A stretch of 35,356 bases of DNA from a virus (IMGVR_UViG_3300031965_001336:1-35356); one strand, 5' to 3'. Numbered from the stretch's first letter, positions 26,225-34,367 are shown. Translations and numbers: made by a program. The notes: generated from the sequence alone by a model not told the origin.

Positions 26225-27640
26225 TCACAGCAACTTGATCAGTTTCTCCCGTGAGTAGGAGTGATCGACGAGCACGATCTCGATCAAGAGCTGCGCTCTC
26301 TCGGCCCTCGACATCTTCGTGACCGCCTCGCGGAGCGGCTTCTCCCAGTTCGTGCTCTTGAACCCCTGCTTCCGCTCTGAGTCGTAATACTGCTGCGTGA
26401 CCTTCGGCTTGATCCCGCGCCGGCGGCACACGGGGGCAATCACCATCGTTCCGCGGCTGATGCCCACTTCGAGGAGTATGTTGAACGCTCCTTCGGAAAG
26501 CGGCCAGCCGACCTTGCCGATCGCCCGGACGAGCCCGCGCTCGGCCGCCTCCTTCTTCGCCTTCTCGCGCTTGATCGCCGCCTTACGGCGGGCGATTTCC
26601 TTCTGCTTAAGCCTATAGACCGTTCCGGGCCGCGACCCGTGAACCGAGCAACTCTTGTCGCAGCAGATCCGAATGATCTCGCCCACTCCATCGTCCGCTT
26701 CGCCAGCCACGATGAGTGCTTTCTGTTCGGACTTGCACGTATCCCTCTCCGAGAAGAGTTTGCGATAGTTGTCCCGTTTCAGGACGCCCTTCGGGTGATT
26801 CGACACCCATCCCCCTGCGACGAGGGCCAGCGCCTCGCCGCGTTTCTTGAAGTCTGCCTTAACGATCTCCAAGTGCGCAGCGAGCTTCCGGCCGAAGCAC
26901 GTCGGATCACCGCACTGAGCGGCTTCCTTCTCTCCGAAAAGCGTCGGACCGGTGCGCTTCGTGCAGTCCGCGCACGGCGCGAACGCGGCGACCGCCGCTT
27001 CGTGGTTCTTCCACGGCGGCGCGGCCGACAGCTTGCGGAACGTGAGCTCCTGTATCCACTCCCTGAGTTCGGTGAGGTCCACTCTTCGCCGCTCACTCAT
27101 GAACCGCAGTGCTTTCTCCTGGTCCGCTTCTTCAAGGCGTGCGATTAGGACCGCGTGCCCGGCCGAAAGTTTTCCGCTGCGGAAGCCCGCGGCGGCCTTC
27201 TTGCCGAGATTCGTGAGATGGAGCCGCTGGCGGACATACGCGACGCTCTTGGCGGTCCTCGCCGCCACGGATTCGACTTCGAGCTTTCCCTTTTCGATGA
27301 GCTCTCGGTAAGCGTTCCCCTCGTCGAGCGGGTGCACGTCCTCGCGGTGAAGGTTCTCGATGATCTGCACCTCCCGCGCTTCTGCGTCGTTGAGGTCATC
27401 GATCCGCGCGGGGATCTCGTCGAGACCGGCGAGTTTCGCTGCCCGGAACCGCCGGTTGCCCGCGACGATCTCGAATTTCTTGCCGTCCTTCGCCTTCGGG
27501 CGCGCGATCACAGGGACCAGCACGCCTTTCTCCTTGACGCTCGCGACGAGGTCGTCGAACGCCGGTCCCGCGAAGTCCTTGCCGCGCGGGTTGGTGCTCG
27601 ACTCGTAGGCGAGCGCGATCTTAATTTGCTGTAATTGCAT
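26225..27640 (-). CDS. ParB/RepB/Spo0J-family protein with extended Cys-containing C-terminus
   Basis: NPRG...LVASVKEKGVLVPV...IVAGNRRFRAA...IENLHREDVHPLDE followed by an HTH. Confidence 0.9.
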   Translation of the reverse strand: MQLQQIKIALAYESSTNPRGKDFAGPAFDDLVASVKEKGVLVPVIARPKAKDGKKFEIVAGNRRFRAAKLAGLDEIPARIDDLNDAEAREVQIIENLHREDVHPLDEGNAYRELIEKGKLEVESVAARTAKSVAYVRQRLHLTNLGKKAAAGFRSGKLSAGHAVLIARLEEADQEKALRFMSERRRVDLTELREWIQELTFRKLSAAPPWKNHEAAVAAFAPCADCTKRTGPTLFGEKEAAQCGDPTCFGRKLAAHLEIVKADFKKRGEALALVAGGWVSNHPKGVLKRDNYRKLFSERDTCKSEQKALIVAGEADDGVGEIIRICCDKSCSVHGSRPGTVYRLKQKEIARRKAAIKREKAKKEAAERGLVRAIGKVGWPLSEGAFNILLEVGISRGTMVIAPVCRRRGIKPKVTQQYYDSERKQGFKSTNWEKPLREAVTKMSRAERAQLLIEIVLVDHSYSREKLIKLL

Positions 27641-27670
27641 CGGTGTGGTTGTTCTGCTTCGTTTTACCTC

Positions 27671-28024
27671 CTAGATATCTTCCTCGTCGTCCGTCTCAGG
27701 ACCTTCGTCGTCGTCCTCCGGCTTCTCCGCGCGATCGCGCGCTCTGCCGCACGTCCGGTACGTGTGGCCAGGCTTTCCGCACTTCCCGCACTTTCGCTGG
27801 CCGCGCTCTCCGTGCGGCCTGCCCCCCCCTAATCCGGCCCTGCCGGCGATCTTTCTCTTGAGCTCTTCCTTAGAGAGGACGCGACCCGGCAGCGATTCGC
27901 CTTTTGGCTTCCGCCCCCGTTTCGTTTCGGGCTTCGGCGCGGGCGCGCCGCCCCCTTCGACTTCGGCAAAGAGCTTGCCCTCGTGGACAAGGTAGTTCTT
28001 GCCGTTGATGGTGTATCCGTTCAT
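27671..28024 (-). CDS. Basic protein with CCHC zinc knuckle and acidic tail
   Basis: KRGRKPK and CGKCGKPGHTYRTC (Cx2Cx4Hx4C); start MNGYT overlaps the upstream stop. Confidence 0.75.
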   Translation of the reverse strand: MNGYTINGKNYLVHEGKLFAEVEGGGAPAPKPETKRGRKPKGESLPGRVLSKEELKRKIAGRAGLGGGRPHGERGQRKCGKCGKPGHTYRTCGRARDRAEKPEDDDEGPETDDEEDI

Positions 28025-28716
28025 GTGATTGTTTTGTGTTCGACCGTCACCTCCGCGTCCCACGGCAAAAGTCCGAACCCAGCGGCCGTCACCGCTTCGC
28101 GCGGGGCGGCTGAAAGCACGATCGTCGCGCGGTCGTCGTGCTGTTTCAGGTTCTCCTTCTTCACGCTCGAGACCAGCGCCCAGAACTCCAGCCGACCGCC
28201 TTCCTCGTAGAGGACGCGAATGAGCTGCTCCTTCGGGAGCGCGGCGAGCTTCATCGCCTCCGTGATGTTCTGCGAATGAAGGATCACCTGGACCGACTTG
28301 TCCGGCGATTCGAGGTTCCTGATGGAGACCTCCTTGACCTTTGCGTTGAATCGGATGTCTTGCATGGGATTGGGTTGGTGGAAGTAGAGATTCTGTAGGT
28401 GCGCTGCGAAGTCGTGGTTATAGGTGGCGAGATTGTGGACCCAGCGGGTGATGAAGATCGTGAGGCTGTAGGGTCGGTCGGGTCCGCGGTACAGGTGATG
28501 CTGTTCTAGTCGGCGGTTATCCTGCGTGTACCAGCATTCCTCCGGTGATCCCTTCACCTCGCCCTTCCACGTCCGCACCTTCCGCACGTGGAAGCACTGT
28601 TGGACCCTCGCCGGGCAGTCGCAGGTCAGCGTCCCGTCCGCGTGCTCCGTCACCCAACGAAAGGTGTTCGGTTCGCTCCGCGACGGGATTTTGAACCTGC
28701 GGACCGCCCGGCTCAC
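28021..28716 (-). CDS. SWIM-like Zn-finger protein fused to an internally duplicated domain
   Basis: CDCPARVQQCFH; likely internal start at ATG 28365. Confidence 0.6.
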   Translation of the reverse strand: MSRAVRRFKIPSRSEPNTFRWVTEHADGTLTCDCPARVQQCFHVRKVRTWKGEVKGSPEECWYTQDNRRLEQHHLYRGPDRPYSLTIFITRWVHNLATYNHDFAAHLQNLYFHQPNPMQDIRFNAKVKEVSIRNLESPDKSVQVILHSQNITEAMKLAALPKEQLIRVLYEEGGRLEFWALVSSVKKENLKQHDDRATIVLSAAPREAVTAAGFGLLPWDAEVTVEHKTIT

Positions 28717-28719
28717 GGC

Positions 28720-29136
28720 TTAGAAGGGCAGATCCTCTCTCCCGGTGTTTTCGCCGAGCTCGACTTCCGGGATCTCATCCGCGGCCGGCGCGCCGCCGTT
28801 CTTCGCGGCGGGCCTCGGCCCGAGCTGTATCCTCTCGACGATGACCTCCGTCTGCTTCCGCTTGTTCCCTTCCTTGTCGTCCCACGTGCGGGTCGCCAGT
28901 CGTCCTTCGATGAGGACGAGCGAGCCCTTCACGAGATACTTCGTCGCGATCTCGGCGGTGCGGCCCCACGCGACGATGTTGTGGAACTCGACCTCCTCCT
29001 GCTTCTGCCCGTCCTTGTTCTTCCACGTGCGGTTCGTCGCCACGCCGAAGCTCGTGACTTGCTTACCGCTGTTTGTTGATTTCAGGACGGGGTCGGCCGT
29101 GACGCGGCCGACGATGATGACACTGTTCAGGTTCAT
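28720..29136 (-). CDS. ssb: Single-stranded DNA-binding protein
   Basis: MNLNSVIIVGRVTADP, EFHNIVAWG, KGSLVLIEGRL and C-terminal EDLPF. Confidence 0.97.
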   Translation of the reverse strand: MNLNSVIIVGRVTADPVLKSTNSGKQVTSFGVATNRTWKNKDGQKQEEVEFHNIVAWGRTAEIATKYLVKGSLVLIEGRLATRTWDDKEGNKRKQTEVIVERIQLGPRPAAKNGGAPAADEIPEVELGENTGREDLPF

Positions 29137-29168
29137 TGCTGTGTTGATTGATTGCTGCGTTGATTGAT
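29137..29168. repeat. 16-bp tandem duplication forming the ssb leader
   Basis: TGCTGTGTTGATTGAT / TGCTGCGTTGATTGAT (one mismatch). Confidence 0.9.
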
Positions 29169-30007
29169 CACGCGGCTCTTCGACTGAGCCGGTAGAAATC
29201 CGTCCGACCGTTCCAGCTTGAGAGCGTCTTCGCCGCGAGAAAGGCGTCAAGGTCGTCTTCCATCGCGCCTTTCGTCTCGTCGAGGAACTTCGCCTCGAAA
29301 GCCAGGTAAGACGGATAATCTGTTTTCCGTTTCTTCTCCATCCGGGCGACGTACTCCTCCTCCGTTTCTTTGGCGAGGCGCACGGCCCAGCGACCTTTGT
29401 ATTTCTTTCCGGTTTCTTCGGTCGCCGCCGCGCCGTAGCCGGCGGTCTGGAGACGCACGCTGTTGTAGAGCGCGCTCGACGACTTGAGGTCCACGACGCA
29501 GAGGCCGCCGTCGATCATCGCCTCTATGTCCATTTGTCCGATGTAGTGGTGCTTCCGCGAGTAGACGATCCGCTCCGAAGAAACGAAACGGACCTTGTGT
29601 TCTTTCGTCCAGTCGAGAAAGCCGTTCACCCCGATCAGAACCGCCGGGTCATCGGGCATCTCAGGCGGCTCCTTGTGACCGGGCAGGTTCAGCTTGTACT
29701 TGATGTACCCCTCGCACCAGTCGTGCATCGCGGTCCCGACATTCGCCGCTTCCTCCTTTCGCCTGGAGTGCTGCTGGACCGCCTCGAGGATCATTTCCTC
29801 GCTGAGCTCCTGGCCGACGAACGGCCGGAGGTATTCCTCGCAGAGCCCGACGGCCCACGGGATGAGCCCCCGGCTCTTGTCGATGATGCCGATGATGCCG
29901 GTGACCGACGGGGGCCGCTCGCCGTTCGCGATGTAGACGTGAGTGTCCGGGAAGAACCGAACCTTCACCTTGCCCTTGTAGAGGGCGACTTCAACGACGT
30001 TCCCCAT
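29168..30007 (-). CDS. PD-(D/E)XK exonuclease, partner of the SSAP
   Basis: PSVTGII, GTAMH, SERIV, GQMD...VDLKSS and LQTAGY. Confidence 0.88.
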   Translation of the reverse strand: MGNVVEVALYKGKVKVRFFPDTHVYIANGERPPSVTGIIGIIDKSRGLIPWAVGLCEEYLRPFVGQELSEEMILEAVQQHSRRKEEAANVGTAMHDWCEGYIKYKLNLPGHKEPPEMPDDPAVLIGVNGFLDWTKEHKVRFVSSERIVYSRKHHYIGQMDIEAMIDGGLCVVDLKSSSALYNSVRLQTAGYGAAATEETGKKYKGRWAVRLAKETEEEYVARMEKKRKTDYPSYLAFEAKFLDETKGAMEDDLDAFLAAKTLSSWNGRTDFYRLSRRAA

Positions 30008-30692
30008 GCCAGTTGGCTTTTTCTTTTCGGCACCTCCGACATAAGGGCTTCTTTCCCTGCTTCACGTAGAAGTCACGCTCCGCCTTCGTGATCGGCTCCC
30101 CGCAGCCGTGGCACTGGTATTGCGGCGTCCCGTTCGATGGCGCGCCACTCGTCGGTGTCGGCCCGACGCCGATCTCCCGGAACTCGTTTTTGCCGTATAC
30201 GTCGGATGCGATGCCGAGCTCCGAGGCGCACTTCTTCAAGGCGTCGGTCGCCGCGGCTTTGAGGTCGTTGCCGTAGTCGAGCGGCACCTTCGAGTCCTTC
30301 TTCAACTTCACGTCCGCGCGGCCGAACTGCATTTTGACGATCATCGGCTCTCGGGTCTTCGGGTCGCGGATCGTCAGCCGCCCCTTCACCCAGACCTGCT
30401 CGCCTTCGCGGCCGTGCTCGACGATCTCGAAGTCCCAAAGCCATCCGAAGACGAAGTTGAGGACTTTCTTCACGTAGACGCCGGTCACGTAGTCCCACGT
30501 CCCGCCGCCCTTCGCCGGGCGCGTGTAGATGTGGTTCTTCGGCGTGCGCTGGAAGATCTTGATGATCTGCTTCGGTGTGAGGGGCGCCGCGACGAGCGTC
30601 AGCGACTTGCCCTGCTTCTCGATGAATTCTTCCTGTTGGAGTCCGCCGGATTGCGCTTTCGCGGCAGCGGACTGATTTTGTTTTTGAGTCAT
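29991..30692 (-). CDS. Rad52/Rad22 (Sak)-family single-strand annealing protein with C-terminal Zn finger
   Basis: YV..VLNFVFG..W, DLKAAATDALKKCASELGIASDVY and CHGC...CRRC. Confidence 0.9.
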   Translation of the reverse strand: MTQKQNQSAAAKAQSGGLQQEEFIEKQGKSLTLVAAPLTPKQIIKIFQRTPKNHIYTRPAKGGGTWDYVTGVYVKKVLNFVFGWLWDFEIVEHGREGEQVWVKGRLTIRDPKTREPMIVKMQFGRADVKLKKDSKVPLDYGNDLKAAATDALKKCASELGIASDVYGKNEFREIGVGPTPTSGAPSNGTPQYQCHGCGEPITKAERDFYVKQGKKPLCRRCRKEKANWHGERR

Positions 30693-30702
30693 GTCTCTTG
30701 TG

Positions 30703-30804
30703 ATTCGGGAGGGTGAGAGAGACCTTCGCAGATAACTCTCAGTCCCTTATCGGGCATCCTTCGGCAGACGTTGCCATCTCCCTAAGATGTTTTCCCTCCC
30801 GAAT
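30703..30804 (-). ncRNA. Multi-branched structured leader of the SSAP gene
   Basis: 11-bp closing stem ATTCGGGAGGG/CCCTCCCGAAT enclosing several hairpins, one with a GCGA tetraloop. Confidence 0.55.
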
Positions 30805-30862
30805 GCGAACGTGCTTTTGGTTTTTCGACTTGCTATTTGCGCGGAGACGGCCGCGCGCCGAT

Positions 30863-31015
30863 CTACGAAACTGCGATGAGGATGAGGAGGGCTGCGGCCA
30901 CGCGGATTACGATGGGGATCGCGTCGGCGGCCCAGGGCCTCAAGGTCCAGACGGGGGCGTAGACGGCGCCGGTCGGGGACCATTCGCGGTGTTGGAAGAC
31001 TTGTCTCACTTTCAT
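30863..31015 (-). CDS. Small protein with C-terminal TM segment
   Basis: 50 aa MKVRQVF...ALLILIAVS; ATGA overlap. Confidence 0.5.
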   Translation of the reverse strand: MKVRQVFQHREWSPTGAVYAPVWTLRPWAADAIPIVIRVAAALLILIAVS

Positions 31016-31320
31016 CGTATCTGTTGCCACCCGCACACGAGAACATCTCCGACGATCAGTCCGTCGTTGTTGTACGGATACTTTTCGATCGGATACCATT
31101 CTCGCCAGATCTTCGAGGCCACCTCGTTGACCGGAAGTCCATTGAGCTTTCCGTTGTCGTTCACAACTATCGCCTGCCGCGCTCCTCGTCCGTATGCCGG
31201 CTTTAGCTGAATGTCGATCGTGCCTCCGACCATTTCGCGGAGCTCGGTGAGGCCGAACTTTTTGCCGTCATGTGGCCTGACCTTTTCCACTGTTCCATCG
31301 GCTTTTATCAATTCTGCCAT
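31012..31320 (-). CDS. DUF3846-like protein
   Basis: LTELREMVGGTID...VNDNGKLNGLPVNEVAS...IVGDVLV. Confidence 0.85.
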   Translation of the reverse strand: MAELIKADGTVEKVRPHDGKKFGLTELREMVGGTIDIQLKPAYGRGARQAIVVNDNGKLNGLPVNEVASKIWREWYPIEKYPYNNDGLIVGDVLVCGWQQIR

Positions 31321-31359
31321 CGACTAGTGACTGTTTTTGTTTTCGACCTTTACCCCTTC

Positions 31360-31413
31360 ACGATAGCAAGTGGTAGATAACTGTCAAACCGCACTCCGCA
31401 CACCTGTGGATAA
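31360..31413 (-). promoter_or_regulatory. Early promoter with DnaA boxes
   Basis: TTGACA-16 bp-TATCGT (extended TG); TTATCCACA at 31405-31413 and TTATCTACC inside the spacer. Confidence 0.65.
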
Positions 31414-31539
31414 CTGCTTCCGTCGTTTGGCCCTGTATCTGCGCTGGATTTCCCGGCGCCTGGTCTTTCTCGTCTTCCAGTATTCCCGGAACCAAGCGTT
31501 GTATTCCTCGTCCGTCTCGAACTGGCTCCTGTTCGGCAT
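31384..31539 (-). CDS. 51-aa basic protein absent from the ORF track
   Basis: MPNRSQFETDEEYNAWFREYWKTRKTRRREIQRRYRAKRRKQLSTGVRSAV, translated by hand. Confidence 0.6.
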   Translation of the reverse strand: MPNRSQFETDEEYNAWFREYWKTRKTRRREIQRRYRAKRRKQLSTGVRSAV

Positions 31540-31650
31540 CCCTTTCAGTGAAACATAACGGCGTGGGCGACGCGAGGCCGGGGTGTTGATAACTCTCGGC
31601 GCGAAGCGCCGGCCCGCGGCCGATGATTTGCATTACGGCCTCGCGCCGCC

Positions 31651-31905
31651 ATGCTCACCACGCGAACCGACCGCATTTCCGTCCGATTCATCGTCCATCG
31701 CTACGACGACGGGACCCCGTGGCTGGGTATCGAGTCCACGGACGGGAAGGTGCTACCCATGCTCGCGGACGGGTTCTTCCGACTCGAGCTCAAGGCGGGG
31801 ACGACCTGGGAAGAAGCGGGGAGGATCGCGGAGGTGCTGGACGCTGTGGTGGAGTCGCTGGCGGTCACGCGGTTCCTGCCGGCGGTGAACGAGCGGCCGT
31901 TTTGA
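31651..31905 (+). CDS. Hypothetical protein
   Basis: 84 aa with protein-like composition; stop abuts the convergent gene. Confidence 0.6.
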   Translation: MLTTRTDRISVRFIVHRYDDGTPWLGIESTDGKVLPMLADGFFRLELKAGTTWEEAGRIAEVLDAVVESLAVTRFLPAVNERPF

Positions 31906-32109
31906 CTACTCCTCGTCCTCACGCTGCCGGTGGCGCCCCGATGACAACCGCGGGCCTCCGGCGCTCACCCACGTCTCGAAGTTCAGGATGTCCTTGATGG
32001 TCTGGTCCGAGACGCCATACTCGTGCGCCAGCTTGAGCACCGGGTCTCCTCGCGCAAAGCGCTCACGGATCGCGCGGGCGTCGCCGCTGCGGATGCGAGC
32101 CGTGGTCAC
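31906..32109 (-). CDS. Small HTH protein
   Basis: AIRERFARG...LAHEYGVSDQTIKDILNFETW; GTGA overlap with the vsr stop. Confidence 0.7.
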   Translation of the reverse strand: MTTARIRSGDARAIRERFARGDPVLKLAHEYGVSDQTIKDILNFETWVSAGGPRLSSGRHRQREDEE

Positions 32110-32540
32110 GCCGCCTTCTCGCGCAAAAGCGCGAGCGACCGGGCCAATCGGTCCGCCGCACGAGCCCGGCCGGTCGTGGTCTTCAGCGCGTGTTCCCACA
32201 CTCGCAGCACTTTCCATCCGCGCCTTCGCAGCTCGCGCGCATTTCTCCGATCGCGGCGTCTGTTGCCCGCGACCTTCGCGCTCCAATACGGCCGGTTGTC
32301 TTCGGGCATCCGGTAACAGCGCGGGCATCCGTGCCAAAAACAGCCGTCGATGAACACCGCGAGCCGCCAGGAAGAGAAGACGAAATCCGGCTTGCCTGGA
32401 AGGAGTAGATGGCGGCGCCATCCGGTGATGCGCCGGGAACGGAGAACACCGACGAACGTGATCTCAGTCGTCCGGTTCCCTCGGGACCGGATGCTCGACA
32501 TATTGTGCGAACGCTGCGCGCGCGTGAGCCAATCAGCCAC
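32106..32540 (-). CDS. vsr: Very short patch repair endonuclease
   Basis: RSHNMSSIR, PGKPDFVF, FIDGCFWHGC, YW..K...N..RD and GWKVLRVWEH. Confidence 0.96.
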   Translation of the reverse strand: MADWLTRAQRSHNMSSIRSRGNRTTEITFVGVLRSRRITGWRRHLLLPGKPDFVFSSWRLAVFIDGCFWHGCPRCYRMPEDNRPYWSAKVAGNRRRDRRNARELRRRGWKVLRVWEHALKTTTGRARAADRLARSLALLREKAA

Positions 32541-32547
32541 GGAGATC

Positions 32548-33141
32548 TCACTTCTTCCGACGCACCTTCTCGAACTTCTTCTCCAGCCACTCCAGGACGT
32601 AAAGCTGATCGTCTATCGTAGCGCGCCGCACCTGGGCGACGACGTGAATTCGGTCCGGCCGCGCCAGGGCGATGTTCTGAAGGCCCTCGTTGCAGTTCGT
32701 GCATTGCGCCCGGAGGTTCTCGGCCGTGTCCGTGCCGCCCTTCGACTTGTCGATGATGTGGGCAAGGGCGAGCCGGATCGTCCGGCCGGGGTGATACGGG
32801 TCAGCGTCACCCGCGGCGGCTCCGCACATTTGACACGTGTAGCCGTTGCGGTCCAGGACGTAGGCGCGCGTCTCCTTCGAGATCCCCCGAGGAAGCGCGG
32901 GTCTCCGCTTATCGCTTTCGAGGATGTATTCGCCGGGCTTCAGATTGCCGCGGTCCTTGTGCGAAAGGATCGGATAGCCGTATTCGTCGCGGAGCTCGCG
33001 GAGACGCCGCGCCCACTCCGAAGCGTTGCCCGACGCCTTGCGGATCTGGTCCGAGGTGACTACCTGCCCCTTGTTCCCGAGCAGGAACTCGAGGACGCGC
33101 CGCCTAGACCCAGACCCGATTTCCCTCGGAATCTGCGACAT
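32548..33141 (-). CDS. HNH endonuclease with N-terminal winged-helix-like domain
   Basis: CQMCG...HIIDKSKGGTD..ENLRAQCTNCN; N-terminal WARRLRELRDEYG helix. Confidence 0.88.
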   Translation of the reverse strand: MSQIPREIGSGSRRRVLEFLLGNKGQVVTSDQIRKASGNASEWARRLRELRDEYGYPILSHKDRGNLKPGEYILESDKRRPALPRGISKETRAYVLDRNGYTCQMCGAAAGDADPYHPGRTIRLALAHIIDKSKGGTDTAENLRAQCTNCNEGLQNIALARPDRIHVVAQVRRATIDDQLYVLEWLEKKFEKVRRKK

Positions 33142-34129
33142 CCGCGTCTCCGTGAAACAGGGCGCCTTGCGCGTATCCGGGTTCCCGGCGCACCTTACCG
33201 ATTAGCGCGGCACGTATCGCCTGTCCGACCAGACGCGCGACGGGTGGAGGGAACGCATTGCCGATCTGACGATAGGCGGCCGTCTTCGCCCCGACGAAGT
33301 TCCAATCGTCCGGGAAGCCCTGGATGCGCGCCGTCATGCGGACGGTAAGCCGCGGCTGCTTGGTCGATGGGAAATCCCTGCCCGGCGGTTCGTCCGCCAC
33401 GCCGTGCCCGTCCACCCCGAGTTTCGCCCACTCCCGCTTTGCTCTGGTGGGACCGAGGTCCGGGCCGCCGTGCTTCTTCGAGCCGCCAACCAGCGTCGGC
33501 GCGACCCCGTTCGCGCGCCGCGCCCAGGCTTTCGCGCCTCTCCACCGACGCTCGGCCATGAGGTCCGCAAGCACCTCACCGACCGTCGGCGTTTTCTTCA
33601 CCTCTCCGGGCCACGCGAAAGACGCCAGACGATCTCCGCGAAACGCGACCAGGATGAACCGCGGACGGAGTTGCGGCACTCCGCACGACGCCGCGTTCAC
33701 GACCCGCCAATCGGACTCGTAGCCGAGCCGCGCGAGAGTGTTTTGAACCCGCCTGCGATACACCTTGAATTTCTCCGATGCGAAGCCGCGCACGTTTTCG
33801 AGCATCACCGCAGCGGGCTTCATCTCCTCGATCAGCCGCAATGCCTCGGGAAACAGGTCGCGCTCATCGCGCCGCCCGAGCTGCTTGCCGGCGATCGAGA
33901 ACGGTGGGCACGGCACACCCCCCGCGAAAAGGTCCACGCCGCGGAACGTGCGCCCGCTCACTTCACGCACGTCAGATTCGAGAATGCGCCACTTCGGGCG
34001 GTTCGCCCTGAGCGTCGCGCACGCCTTCTCGTCGATCTCGACGGCAGCCGCGAGCTCGAACCCTGCCTCCTCGAGACCGAGTGCCTGGCCGCCGCCTCCC
34101 GCGCAGATCTCCAGGACGCTGAGAGTCAC
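33104..34129 (-). CDS. C5-cytosine DNA methyltransferase (NaeI/NgoMIV-like, likely GCCGGC)
   Basis: EICAGGGG, GGVPCPPFS, ENVRG, PQLRPR, TLVGGSKKHGGPDLGPTRAK target-recognition region and QIGNAFPP. Confidence 0.95.
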   Translation of the reverse strand: MTLSVLEICAGGGGQALGLEEAGFELAAAVEIDEKACATLRANRPKWRILESDVREVSGRTFRGVDLFAGGVPCPPFSIAGKQLGRRDERDLFPEALRLIEEMKPAAVMLENVRGFASEKFKVYRRRVQNTLARLGYESDWRVVNAASCGVPQLRPRFILVAFRGDRLASFAWPGEVKKTPTVGEVLADLMAERRWRGAKAWARRANGVAPTLVGGSKKHGGPDLGPTRAKREWAKLGVDGHGVADEPPGRDFPSTKQPRLTVRMTARIQGFPDDWNFVGAKTAAYRQIGNAFPPPVARLVGQAIRAALIGKVRREPGYAQGALFHGDADVADSEGNRVWV

Positions 34130-34145
34130 GCTGGACCTCCCATCC

Positions 34146-34361
34146 TCACACTCCTTCGATGTTCTCGGGGATTTCGAGCGGCAGCGAAAGCTGCCGCGTC
34201 TCGTAATCCTCGAGCAGCCGACGCACGCCGTATCGTCCGAGCCAGCTCATCGAGCGCTCCGTCTTCTTCGCCATTTCGGCGAGGCGCTCGTGTTCCCGCG
34301 CGGCCAGAACCACGCTGACGCGAAGGAGTCGCCGCCGACGCTTCTTCGGGGACTTCTTCAT
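34146..34361 (-). CDS. Ribbon-helix-helix (CopG-like) regulator
   Basis: RVSVVL...HERLAEMAKKTERSMSWLGRYGVRRLL. Confidence 0.8.
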   Translation of the reverse strand: MKKSPKKRRRRLLRVSVVLAAREHERLAEMAKKTERSMSWLGRYGVRRLLEDYETRQLSLPLEIPENIEGV

Positions 34362-34367
34362 GCGAGT

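Noticed and set aside
30735-30780. GGCAAC...TGCC, CCCGAT and AGGGACTG fragments resembling SAM-I
   Set aside because: Order is wrong and the AUC/GAU P1 SAM-binding helix is absent
31540-31556. TGTTTCACTGAAAGG resembling parS
   Set aside because: One base short, degenerate second arm and a single copy
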